This document shows positions 36,539-45,615 of a stretch of DNA of 64,000 nucleotides, piece by piece. The position numbers and the translations under genes were made by a program. Origin of the DNA: a virus. The DNA lies in the IMG/VR virus record IMGVR_UViG_3300032236_000552, positions 35,865 through 99,864 of that record. One strand, given 5' to 3'. The notes under the pieces were generated by a model. The model made no database searches. It had not been told where the DNA came from and saw only the letters and a list, made by a program, of their open reading frames with translations. Each line of letters starts with the position of its first letter. The stretch's first letter is position 1.

Positions 36539-38539
36539 TTAAGCATTAACCAAACGGCGTGAGATAGCAATACGCACTAGGTCTTTACCGAGTGTGAGAA
36601 TATCTCGTGCAGTTTTGATATTAGTCATTAACTCAAACTCGTGGCGATAACGATTAAGAACATCATCATTTAAGTCTGAGTCATAGAGAAGTGCTTGGCA
36701 GGTAAGGACACCAGCGTTACGCATTTCTGTAACTGCTTGCTCTCCTTCTTTTGTATCCCATGCACCGTCAGTAATCATAAAGAGGATTTTGATTGGCTTC
36801 TTGCTCTCAGCCAAAACTCTCTTAGCAAACAAAAGAGACTCACATGGATTTGTTCCACCGCTTGCTCCTCCGTCACGAATAGTTGTACCTGCTCGTTCAT
36901 CAGCACCATAAAGAAGTGTTGTGCCGTAATCGAATAGTGCAACTGTTGTACGTGCTTGCACACGCTCTAGTGCAGACTTAATAGCCCACATGGATTGGTA
37001 AGCATGATTGGCTGAGTCACCACTCATACTGCCCGACTTATCAAGGAGGATAACTGCCTCAATATCGCAAACATCATCTATGCCCTCAGTCCATGAGTCA
37101 AAGATTGTGTCGAAGTCTGCTCCTTGTATATAACGCTGAACGTTCACCTTTCCAGTATCGGTAGCACGCAACCATGCTGGGTCATAATCAGAACGCAAAC
37201 GCTCTAGTTCACGACCAAACGATTTAGCAACACCGATTAACTCAGGAGGAGTTGCAACGTCTTTGTAGTTAGCACGTTCAGGAGTCTTAGCGTTACCGCC
37301 GTCAAGGTCGCTAGAGATACCTAACTGTTTTGCAATTCGATTAACTTCTTTAGAAAGTTCTTTTGCAACATCATTAAATATATCTTGCAACGTATCTGTG
37401 ACTTGTTGATTGTCTCCTGTTGTTCCAATGCTTGTACCAATGCCCTTGCCACCTTCTTGTGGTGAAGGACTGTCGTACTCGCTATCGCTTTCAGTATCAG
37501 AGTCACCGTCACCGTCAGAGTCACCGTCACCGCTACCGTCAAAAGGCTTACCGCCATTACCGTTAGCAGTATTGGTATCGTCTTTAGCAGTATCGCTATC
37601 GCCGTTACCTTCATCATCAGACTCATCAGCAGGAGTATCAAGAACAACATCAAGAACAACATCACCCTTCTTAGGAGAACGTTGCTTGTCTTTTTCTTGT
37701 TCTGATTTTTTCGCAGGTCGGACGTTGCTTGACTCGTATCCGTCTGTTGGTCGGTGGTCGTGTCCATGAGGATTATGCACTCGCACCCAAACGTCACGTC
37801 CACCTTCTCCTTCACCTTCACCGTTGCCAGTATTAACTGGTGGAAGGTTCTTTAGAAGTTCTGCATACTCTGTAATGAGTTGGTATGCAGTCTCGGTCAC
37901 TTCATCATTACCAGTAAGAATTAAATCGTTGTATTGGTCAATGATTTCAGCGAACGCATGAATATCTTGTGGGTTCTTAAACTTATCTACCGACAACTGG
38001 CGCAACTCAACTGGTAGATAAGTGCGACCATAGATAAGTGGGAAAGAAGTTGCTACTGCTTCCTCGTTCTGAATTAGATAGTCAGCGATTGTTGCAGTAA
38101 GCCAACCTTCCAATGGTGGGAGATAGCCAACGAGTAAGTTCTCGATACGCATATCCTCTAAAGAATTAAAGGCTTGCCATAACTCACGAGAGTTATCAGA
38201 CTCTTTAATCTTGATAACAAGATTGCTTCCGTTTCTTGGCGTATAACGCAAATGAGCGTACTCATGGAAGCAGAGACCTTGCAACGACAAAATTGACTTA
38301 GCAGTGAAGTCATATTTAATTTCTGCAAGATTAAAACTTACTGACGAAGTGCTTGACCATGCAGGGGCAGGATACTCAGGACGATTAACGATATTGACTT
38401 TAATCTTGCGACCAGTCAAAACGCTAAGTGTCTTAGTGAATATCTCACCAAAAGACTGTAAGTGATTTTGCTTTTTGATTTGTAATTCTTTTTCTTTATC
38501 TGTCTGTTCTACTGCAAACTTCGGCATTACGGTAGTCAT
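36539..38539 (-). CDS. VWA-domain protein (CobT-like) with HExxH motif and acidic linker
   Basis: HEYAH; D/G/S-rich linker; MIDAS DKSGSM, GGTNP, ITDG. Confidence 0.88.
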   Translation of the reverse strand: MTTVMPKFAVEQTDKEKELQIKKQNHLQSFGEIFTKTLSVLTGRKIKVNIVNRPEYPAPAWSSTSSVSFNLAEIKYDFTAKSILSLQGLCFHEYAHLRYTPRNGSNLVIKIKESDNSRELWQAFNSLEDMRIENLLVGYLPPLEGWLTATIADYLIQNEEAVATSFPLIYGRTYLPVELRQLSVDKFKNPQDIHAFAEIIDQYNDLILTGNDEVTETAYQLITEYAELLKNLPPVNTGNGEGEGEGGRDVWVRVHNPHGHDHRPTDGYESSNVRPAKKSEQEKDKQRSPKKGDVVLDVVLDTPADESDDEGNGDSDTAKDDTNTANGNGGKPFDGSGDGDSDGDGDSDTESDSEYDSPSPQEGGKGIGTSIGTTGDNQQVTDTLQDIFNDVAKELSKEVNRIAKQLGISSDLDGGNAKTPERANYKDVATPPELIGVAKSFGRELERLRSDYDPAWLRATDTGKVNVQRYIQGADFDTIFDSWTEGIDDVCDIEAVILLDKSGSMSGDSANHAYQSMWAIKSALERVQARTTVALFDYGTTLLYGADERAGTTIRDGGASGGTNPCESLLFAKRVLAESKKPIKILFMITDGAWDTKEGEQAVTEMRNAGVLTCQALLYDSDLNDDVLNRYRHEFELMTNIKTARDILTLGKDLVRIAISRRLVNA

Positions 38540-38579
38540 TTATTTGTTGCCTCTCTATTTATTTCGCAGGTTGGATAAT

Positions 38580-38605
38580 GAGTGGCGAGCATTTACTCGC
38601 CACTC
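38580..38605. repeat. Hairpin GAGTGGCGAG/CTCGCCACTC (copy 2)
   Basis: Same stem as 36499; next to the 13-mer variant. Confidence 0.8.
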
Positions 38606-38619
38606 TACTTGCAACGGTA

Positions 38620-39963
38620 TTACGCAACAACTTCGCTTTCGAGATGAGAACGGTGTGCTTCCAAAAGAAGTTTCACACTTGCCTTCTCATCATCTCGGAA
38701 GTTGTTAAGGAAGTTATCAACTGCATAGTTGTAACTAATATCTCTAGCAAACTTCTCAAAGTTCTTTAGAAGTCTTGTAGAGATTGGTGTCTCATAAACA
38801 CCAGCGATTGCTTCCTCACGCATTTGTTGTGCGAGGCGTAGCAAGGTCGGTGACTTAATAAACTGCTTCTCAATTTCGATGTCGTACTCGAAAGTCCACT
38901 TGTGTTGGAAGCGGTCAGCGAACGCTTGATTAAACTCTTGCGTTCCACGATAACCTCGTGAAGCAGGATTGTAAGAACCGATAAGCAAGACATTTTCTCC
39001 TGCTTCGATTACTTCGCCCTTGTGGTCTAGCAATATCAACTGACGGCGTGAGTCCAACGTTGGGTGAATTGCAGAGGAAAACTTAGAGGGCATACAAGAC
39101 AACTCATCTAAGTTAATAACTGCATTTCCATTACGCCAGCACTCTGTAAAACCACCGTCTTGCCAAACAAGATTGCCTTGCTCGCTAGGAATAACCTTGC
39201 CGAACAACTGTCCTGTATCTATGCCAACGTTAAAGTTCACCGAGTAATAACGCAAACCTCTTTTGCTTGCATAGACCATGCCACTTGTTGTCTTACCAGT
39301 ACCAGCGTCTCCTGCAATAAGGATATTGTGACCGTTCTTCATGGCGTAGTCGTACAACTCTGTTTCAGTTTCACCACTTGCAAACGTGCGTTCGACATAA
39401 CCTGAGATTTCAGGATTGCTTGCAGAAGGTACGAACGACAATGAGTTTTCATCAAAGTTGTGTTCGATTGCTTGCAACGGTTCACGAACAACCTTAATGA
39501 CTGGTGCTGGTGCAACTGTTGTCTGTGCTTTCGTTGCAGACTTATCTGAACGTCCGTCAGAACGATAAGCAGACAATAGGTTGGGGTCTTGTTGTATCAA
39601 AGTATCAACCTCTTTCAGTAAGTCTCCAACTGTTTTGTTAGAGACTGATTGGTGACGTAAGCGATATTGCTTCGTCAATTTCTGAATTAGAACAACTGGG
39701 TATGAATTGTTAGCGAGTGCAGACTGGTCTGCTTCTGTAAGTGGTGTTGATAGAACCTCACCGACAATAAGGTCGGTGTAAGTATCAGCGTTAGAAATAA
39801 TTGTTTCGTAATCAAGCGCATTAGTCCAAGCGTTGCTTTCGCCTCGCCCTCCATTTGTAATGCGAGTAAGTGCGTACTGCTTACCGTTATGGCTTGCGAG
39901 TAATAGTTGTTGCAAAGTATCTGCTTGTGAAGTCTTACCTGTAATGAGAATTGCATACGACAT
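38620..39963 (-). CDS. MoxR/CbbQ-type AAA+ ATPase
   Basis: GDAGTGKT, WQDG, NLDEL, YNP...YRGT..FNQAFADRF, ISTRLL. Confidence 0.9.
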   Translation of the reverse strand: MSYAILITGKTSQADTLQQLLLASHNGKQYALTRITNGGRGESNAWTNALDYETIISNADTYTDLIVGEVLSTPLTEADQSALANNSYPVVLIQKLTKQYRLRHQSVSNKTVGDLLKEVDTLIQQDPNLLSAYRSDGRSDKSATKAQTTVAPAPVIKVVREPLQAIEHNFDENSLSFVPSASNPEISGYVERTFASGETETELYDYAMKNGHNILIAGDAGTGKTTSGMVYASKRGLRYYSVNFNVGIDTGQLFGKVIPSEQGNLVWQDGGFTECWRNGNAVINLDELSCMPSKFSSAIHPTLDSRRQLILLDHKGEVIEAGENVLLIGSYNPASRGYRGTQEFNQAFADRFQHKWTFEYDIEIEKQFIKSPTLLRLAQQMREEAIAGVYETPISTRLLKNFEKFARDISYNYAVDNFLNNFRDDEKASVKLLLEAHRSHLESEVVA

Positions 39964-40232
39964 TTATTGCTCCGTTTTCTTGTTAGTTGTTAGAGTGAGA
40001 ATTGGTGATAGAGACTTGCAACTTCTTTTAACTTTTTTTCTGCTTGCTTGTTCACGTCACGTAACGCTTTACGCAACTGTTTTTCTGTAACCATTTGCAG
40101 TAATGCAAGGTGCATGGTGTAGAACAACTGCTCATCATCTAAAGAAGGATTAAGAAAGTTGATTGCTTCTTTTAGTTGTTGTTCCAGTTGTAGTTTTTCT
40201 ATGAGTACGTTTTTCGCAGGTCGGATTTTTTT

Positions 40233-40547
40233 TCACACCCATAACCCTTCTCGTAGTTGGTGTGCAAACGTTACGAACGTGTAATCGTCTTTTGTATTTA
40301 GTAATCCTTTTACTATCGGTGTCTTACATGACTGACGTTCTTTTAAGTTGGCGTGTAACTTCTTTACAAACAAACGCAACAACTTAATTTCGTTTTGATA
40401 TGAGTCAATATCAAACACGTCAATAACAAAGAACAACCCTGCTACTTCTGAAAAGTCAATGCCACGAATACACGCAGTATTTTTTGGCACGACAATTTTA
40501 TTTCGTAATAGTTCTTGCGCTTCTGCTGGTGTGATTTCACAAGACAC
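40233..40547 (-). CDS. Hypothetical protein
   Basis: SD GGAGG; in early operon. Confidence 0.55.
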   Translation of the reverse strand: MSCEITPAEAQELLRNKIVVPKNTACIRGIDFSEVAGLFFVIDVFDIDSYQNEIKLLRLFVKKLHANLKERQSCKTPIVKGLLNTKDDYTFVTFAHQLREGLWV

Positions 40548-40740
40548 TTAGTAGTTCCTCCCTAACTTCTTTAGTCCAGTTGTTCTTTTGAGTTGTGCGA
40601 CCATGACTGTCGTTCCTATGCCACTTACTAAAGTGACGTGTGCCTTCTGAATAGAACCAGTAATCAAAACGTGCGCCACGTTCAGGTAAGTCTGACGGCT
40701 TCACGTAATCAAACGGCTTGTGTGCAAACGTGTGCGACAT
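40537..40740 (-). CDS. Hypothetical protein
   Basis: 67 aa ORF in operon. Confidence 0.55.
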   Translation of the reverse strand: MSHTFAHKPFDYVKPSDLPERGARFDYWFYSEGTRHFSKWHRNDSHGRTTQKNNWTKEVREELLSVL

Positions 40741-40877
40741 TAGTTAGTTACCTTTCGTAGAAGTGATACCAACGACATGAAGGACTCTCCTTCATCATCT
40801 ATAAGAAGTGTTACGCCTTGCTCATCAACTGTTGCGATAGTCATTTATTTATTTCTCCTTTTTCTTGTATCGGTTTA

Positions 40878-41087
40878 TTAGTGAGGATAAAGAAGGTCAA
40901 TGCAGTATTGCGATAGTTGTTCGATTGGCTTGTGCTTGCATACTTCGGGAGTTGTTATATCAAACAACTTATATATAACGTAGATTGCAACACCAGCGAT
41001 TAGTAATGCACGCAAACGCTTTCCACGTTTTGTTAATCGCCACGTTGTAGTTGTAGAAGTTCGCAGGTCGGATTTTTTGTTAGGCAT
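40878..41087 (-). CDS. Small single-pass membrane protein
   Basis: RLTKRGKRL followed by a hydrophobic helix. Confidence 0.65.
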   Translation of the reverse strand: MPNKKSDLRTSTTTTWRLTKRGKRLRALLIAGVAIYVIYKLFDITTPEVCKHKPIEQLSQYCIDLLYPH

Positions 41088-41307
41088 TATTTTCTACTCC
41101 TGTCTTAACACTAAACGGTGCTAACTGAATTGTTTTGTTAGTTAAATAAGTATCAAACAATTCAGTTGCAAGCATTTCTACGTAGTGTGTATTTAACTTG
41201 TCGGAGATTGCAGACCAGTCTGTCTTTTCATTATGAAGTGCAAAGTAGATAGCAACAATGTCTTTTGTTTCGAGAACGAGTGAACCAGTTGTTGAGTCAA
41301 TTACCAT
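41080..41307 (-). CDS. Hypothetical protein
   Basis: SD AAGGAG. Confidence 0.6.
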   Translation of the reverse strand: MVIDSTTGSLVLETKDIVAIYFALHNEKTDWSAISDKLNTHYVEMLATELFDTYLTNKTIQLAPFSVKTGVENNA

Positions 41308-41365
41308 TTGTATTTTTCTCCTTAGTGATTAGTTGATTGGTAGTTGTTATTACGTTGTTGTGCAA

Positions 41366-41725
41366 CTAGAAGTTAATCTGTCCGTAGATTGCTTGTTGTA
41401 AAACAAGATATGCAAAGCAACCGTCATAATCCTCATGGTCGAGTCGGTGACCGTAACAATGAGTCTGATTGTTCTTTAGCAAAGTTGCGTAAGCGTTTAG
41501 TAGTTGTTCGATATTAAGAACGCAAGGTAACTCCTTGTAATAACCGTTCTCATCTAAGTTATCAACGTCTAAGTATTGCAACGTAATAATTTGTGTGTCC
41601 TCGTTGTAATCCAAAGTACGTGGTACAACAAAGTCGGTGCAACCATAGAAGTCAGAACCAGTAATTGCGTCAAAGAACTCGGTGTTGTTGATTTCTTTTG
41701 TGATTGTGATTGTTGTTGTAGCCAT
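41366..41725 (-). CDS. Hypothetical protein
   Basis: SD AAGGAGCAACAAATAAATG. Confidence 0.7.
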   Translation of the reverse strand: MATTTITITKEINNTEFFDAITGSDFYGCTDFVVPRTLDYNEDTQIITLQYLDVDNLDENGYYKELPCVLNIEQLLNAYATLLKNNQTHCYGHRLDHEDYDGCFAYLVLQQAIYGQINF

Positions 41726-41789
41726 TTATTTGTTGCTCCTTTTTTATTAGTTGTTGTTGGTATTTGTTAGTAAGTTTTTTTGCAACTGA

Positions 41790-42260
41790 TTAAAGAGAAG
41801 CAAGTTGTGATTGCAACTCGTTGATTTGGCGAGTGATTACTTCCTTCTCAAAGTTAGAGAAAAGAAGTTCGACATATTTGTTAATGATTGTAAGCACGTA
41901 ACTTTCACCAGCGATAACTGCAATATCGTGCGCCTCCTGCAAACGTGAAGCGGTGTGACGTTCTACGTTGATGTTGTTGATGTTGATATGAGATGAGCGA
42001 GTACCTAAAGACGTTTTGTATTCGTTGTACCACTCACTAAATCCGTCAGGAGTTCCAACGTGATTGCGATAACCAACACGAATAACACTTTCGTAAAGTT
42101 CCCAACCACGTTGTTTTGTTGTTTCGATAGAAACAATTAAACCGAGAACCGAATACGTATTCGCCAAACCACTCTTAGATGAATAAGCGATTGACGAATT
42201 GTTTTTGATTGTTGCAGTTGTTTCGTTAATCAAGTGAGTTGTTAGTGTGCGTGTATCCAT
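41790..42260 (-). CDS. First gene of the leftward operon, hypothetical
   Basis: SD AAGGAGCAACAACTAAATG. Confidence 0.7.
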   Translation of the reverse strand: MDTRTLTTHLINETTATIKNNSSIAYSSKSGLANTYSVLGLIVSIETTKQRGWELYESVIRVGYRNHVGTPDGFSEWYNEYKTSLGTRSSHININNINVERHTASRLQEAHDIAVIAGESYVLTIINKYVELLFSNFEKEVITRQINELQSQLASL

Positions 42261-42794
42261 TTAGTTGTTGCTCCTTTTTTATTAGTAGTTGTTATTTTGA
42301 TTACGTGCAAGTGATTAACAAGTAATCACCACCACTCACTCGTGTTGTTGTAAGTAACCGTTACAACGCAACGAGTGAGTGATAGAAACTAATTGTTATT
42401 TTTATTTCCAAACGTATTTAGTAGAAGCAAGCGCAACATATTTGATTTCGCATTAGACCAACATAAGTTTTTCTGCACGAGGCAAAGTCATTTAGCGTGT
42501 TGATTGCTTGTAAGAATTATTCTTACCGATATTCAGCAACTCTCAGAAGTTTTATTGTGAGGTTCGATAACTATTAAGTGCGAATTGTTTTTCGTAACGT
42601 GCAACACGATTGCACTCATAACAATTAACAAGTAATTAAGTTAGCGATTAGTTTTGCGAGTGATTTATTTTGCGTTGCGATTTCGATTACAAACCAAACA
42701 ACGAAAACAAAAAAAGTTTTTAGAAAACAAAAACGTTTTTGTTTTTAACTACTCGCCCTCAGTCCGATTTCTCGGAGGAGTTGCTGACCCCCCA

Positions 42795-42824
42795 AGTATA
42801 GGCGAAACGATTTGGGAAACGCAA
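42795..42824 (-). promoter_or_regulatory. SigA-like promoter for the leftward (early) arm
   Basis: Minus strand TTGCGT-18nt-TATACT. Confidence 0.6.
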
Positions 42825-43171
42825 CTCGGATAAAAGTGGCGTGTTATGCCTATTTCAGAGCAGGTATTAACACGAAAATTGCGAAGGAGGAGTATTACGG
42901 GCGGAGATGCTGAAGTCCGATGGTGATTACATATAAAGAAGTTTCGCAAAGTTATTTTGTGTTATTTATTTTCAGTAAAGATAAATAAACAAACAAAAGA
43001 AAAGTAATTAAGTAATAACAACACAACGTTGCTGTCGTGACTGATGACCACAGCAAAGTAATAACCAAAAAGATAATTAAACAAACGTATTTAGTAATGA
43101 TTAGTTGCAAAAGATAATGCGTTGTAATACATAACCAAAGTAATTGGCGCATGATTATTAGTTGGGGGTTA

Positions 43172-43190
43172 TAGGGGGCGAAGCCCCCTA
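43172..43190. other. GC hairpin containing the GCGAAGC mini-hairpin, inside an AT-rich non-coding region
   Basis: TAGGGGGC-GAA-GCCCCCTA. Confidence 0.7.
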
Positions 43191-43684
43191 AAGTAAAAAC
43201 AATATGGGTAATAACTAATAGAGAGAGAGAGATATATATAGATAGATACTTACTTTAGTTGTGATGAATAGTGATGAATATATTTATATAACAACTGATA
43301 CACAATGCAAGTTAGTAACGTTGTTAAATAGTAAGTGATTAACAATGCGTTTAGTAACGTTGTAATGAGTTGATAAGAGCAAGGGAAGTGTGCCGTCAGT
43401 CTGGTATTGCACGCAGTAAGTATTAACAGATAGATAGCAGTAGCCAAATTGTTAAAGTAATTCACTATCATTTTCGCTATCAAACAAAGTGATTACGTTG
43501 TTATTACGCAGAGATAGAACAATAAATACTTCTTTAACAAACAAGTTGTTGGTGTAATCATTTAATTTTTTTGCAAAAGAGATATAGAACCACCCCATAG
43601 TTAAGTGATATTTCGCTAGTTAACAGCCAGGTTGGAGCCACGGTTGAGGGTGTGGAGGCTAGGCAGTAGCCGTAAAATAGCCCT

Positions 43685-43951
43685 ATGTCAGCCTCAGACC
43701 ACCTCAGTGGGCAATTCAAGCCCAAGCGCAAGGTGACCCTTTCCTATCAGTACAACGACAAGGGTGTCACTATGTGCCCTAAGTGTCACAAGAATGAGAT
43801 AGAGAGAGAAAAGCAAGGCAAAGGACATTTGAAACCCTCTACCGCTGATATCACTGTGAAGTACAACACTGACTTTGGTCCAGGAGACTTAGAGACCTGT
43901 TCTGGCGGATGCGGTAGAACCATCTACGGTCGCAAGGGTACTTACGAATAA
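43685..43951 (+). CDS. Zinc-binding protein with N-terminal HLSGQF motif (leaderless)
   Basis: TAAAAT-6nt-ATG; CPKC...CSGGCG. Confidence 0.7.
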   Translation: MSASDHLSGQFKPKRKVTLSYQYNDKGVTMCPKCHKNEIEREKQGKGHLKPSTADITVKYNTDFGPGDLETCSGGCGRTIYGRKGTYE

Positions 43952-43970
43952 AGTTCTGCTACACTAACGG

Positions 43971-44080
43971 CTCAACCATAGAGTGGAGTCCCACGGGTAC
44001 GAACCTCTACGACCTGGGATACGTCGTTAAAAACTCCTGCAAAGCCCCTAGCCTGCTTCAACTCAGGTACTAGGGGTTTT
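43971..44080 (+). ncRNA. Candidate small structured RNA 1
   Basis: Extended -10 TGCTACACT at 43957; stems GGAGT/ACTCC, ACGAC/GTCGT, possible TCCCA/TGGGA pseudoknot; terminator 44041-44080. Confidence 0.4.
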
Positions 44081-44096
44081 GTGCTAGAGTGACGCT

Positions 44097-44250
44097 ACTA
44101 ACCACGGCTCTGAACAAGTCATCGTTAGTTCGTTACCGCTGAACCCAACCTGTGAGCGCATCATACGAAGGTGTTCAGACCGATGAAGATTGCTCTGCGA
44201 ATATCTCACTAGGCGGTAACAGGCAGCAGGTGTTTCCCATGGCTGCCAAT
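44097..44250 (+). ncRNA. Candidate structured RNA 2 in the tRNA leader
   Basis: Extended -10 TGCTAGAGT at 44082; pairings ACTAAC/GTTAGT, GTTACCGC/GCGGTAAC, GTGAG/CTCAC, TCTGAACA/TGTTCAGA, GGCAGC/GCTGCC. Confidence 0.45.
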
Positions 44251-44253
44251 CTA

Positions 44254-44324
44254 TCCCAGGTCGTCTAACGGTAGGACATCGCCCTTTGGAGGCGAGTATC
44301 TTGGTTCGAATCCAGGCCAGGGAG
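44254..44324 (+). tRNA. tRNA-Gln (anticodon TTG), CCA not encoded
   Basis: Cloverleaf: acceptor TCCCAGG/CCAGGGA (one A-A mismatch), anticodon arm TCGCC-CTTTGGA-GGCGA, T arm CTTGG-TTCGAAT-CCAGG. Confidence 0.92.
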
Positions 44325-44383
44325 CGTACCTCCCCTAGGAAACTAGATTTCTCTTTTTCCAGTAAAGGCAGTAGCCTAAATCC

Positions 44384-44539
44384 ATGAAACTAGAAACCCT
44401 TGATATCGGATTAGACCTACCAGTAGTCGTGATGGATGATGACTTCGTGGAGTATTTGGAAGAACACTCAGTAGAGACAGTAGAGGTCGATGAACTGGCT
44501 ATCTACTTCTTTGATTGGATGAAAGAGCACTGCGAGTGA
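44384..44539 (+). CDS. Small acidic protein (51 aa, probably leaderless)
   Basis: TAGCCT-6nt-ATG; read by hand. Confidence 0.55.
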   Translation: MKLETLDIGLDLPVVVMDDDFVEYLEEHSVETVEVDELAIYFFDWMKEHCE

Positions 44540-45027
44540 GCCACATCGTCAATCTCTCTAAAGAGGAAGTTCGGATGTGTGCTGATATGGCACTCAACCG
44601 TTGGATGATGAAGTTCGGCTCAGAAGACCGTCCTAACTATCAGGACAAGAGCAAGTTAGAGCCAGAGATTGCCGCTAACACTCGGACCATCGTGGCTGAG
44701 TATGCGGTGGCTAAGTTATACAAAAAAGCAATGTGCCTACCTTTTTATCCCAATGAGGAACATTCTTTCAGAAAAGACTTTCCTGATGTATTTCCCAATA
44801 TAGAAGTGAAATCAATTCGCACTAAGGATGAGATACCTGTCTTCCCCAAAGATATCCACGAAGGCTGGGTACTAGTCGGGGCACGTGTCTTAGATAGAGA
44901 CTACTACTCTCAAGTTGAGGTCTACGGATGGCTCTCCATGGATGACGTTCAACGTGATGAATGGAAGTATGCTCCAGAAGGTAGTTGGAGAATCCCGCTC
45001 GACCAATTTAATCAGGAGATGCTATGA
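44536..45027 (+). CDS. Hypothetical protein, possible nuclease-like fold
   Basis: AEYAVA...PDV..NIEVKS; GTGA-coupled start. Confidence 0.55.
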   Translation: MSHIVNLSKEEVRMCADMALNRWMMKFGSEDRPNYQDKSKLEPEIAANTRTIVAEYAVAKLYKKAMCLPFYPNEEHSFRKDFPDVFPNIEVKSIRTKDEIPVFPKDIHEGWVLVGARVLDRDYYSQVEVYGWLSMDDVQRDEWKYAPEGSWRIPLDQFNQEML

Positions 45028-45188
45028 CCCACGATGAACTAGTAGAGAAGGTAGAGCAAGCCATCCGCATGCTCCACGGACTCTGCCCGCACATGCGCCA
45101 TGAGGAAGTACCTCCCCGTACTAAAAGCAATTGCATACTCTGTATTGCACAGACCGCCGTCACTATCGTAGAAAAGGAAATGAAATGA
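45024..45188 (+). CDS. Small protein MTHDEL..., paralog-like to 45325
   Basis: Read by hand; SD AGGAG. Confidence 0.55.
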   Translation: MTHDELVEKVEQAIRMLHGLCPHMRHEEVPPRTKSNCILCIAQTAVTIVEKEMK

Positions 45189-45324
45189 CCATACCAACAC
45201 CGTCGTACCCATATCAACCCAATACAGGTACTTACTATTACACCAATGTACCGAAAACTACTGACCCCAAACTCTTAGAAGTATTAGAGCGAATTGCAGA
45301 TGCGTTAGAGGAATTAGCGTATTA

Positions 45325-45615
45325 ATGACTCACGATGAATTGCTCAACGAGATAGATGCAATTATTTCCATTGGTTATGCAGAGAGCGGATTTTCTGAAT
45401 ATGCGGCTAATGGAACTAGAGCGGAGAAAGCCCTTCGTGCAGTAGTGGAATTGCATAAGCCAGTTGAGTATGCAACGGGAGCAAGTACGGCAATTGGAAC
45501 TCCTGCTTACCTACCAACCGCCACCGCTTGTTCTTGCAGTAGGGCATTTAACGACTATGACCGAGTTCCTTACCCTTGCCCAACTATTCAAGCCATAGAG
45601 AAGGAGTTAGGATGA
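45325..45615 (+). CDS. Hypothetical protein (ALRAVVELHKP...YPCPTI)
   Basis: Recurrent actinophage-type motif; SD GAGG. Confidence 0.65.
   Translation: MTHDELLNEIDAIISIGYAESGFSEYAANGTRAEKALRAVVELHKPVEYATGASTAIGTPAYLPTATACSCSRAFNDYDRVPYPCPTIQAIEKELG

Larger units (their letters stand above)
30189..41072 (-). repeat. Dispersed oriented 13-mer TCCGACCTGCGAA (8 copies)
   Basis: Plus-strand TTCGCAGGTCGGA at 30189, 31884, 34073, 36475, 37710, 40213, 41060; 1-mismatch copy at 38563. Confidence 0.92.

Noticed and set aside
30189-41072. 13-mer repeats as a CRISPR or mini-array
   Set aside because: Copies are 0.85-2.4 kb apart and often inside genes
42826-42840. Twister-like string CGGATAAAAGTGG
   Set aside because: Remaining twister stems and pseudoknots are absent; the region is better explained as promoter upstream sequence
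42749-43483. Minus-strand ORFs 42749..42949, 42952..43152, 43250..43483
   Set aside because: No SD, and composition mirrors AT-rich low-complexity DNA; likely spurious
44150-44215. Hammerhead ribozyme in the tRNA leader (CCGATGA...CGAA)
   Set aside because: Core deviates from CUGANGA/GAAA and the three stems cannot be assembled
44325-44383. HDV-like (theta) ribozyme after the tRNA
   Set aside because: No nested double-pseudoknot pairing could be found downstream of the tRNA
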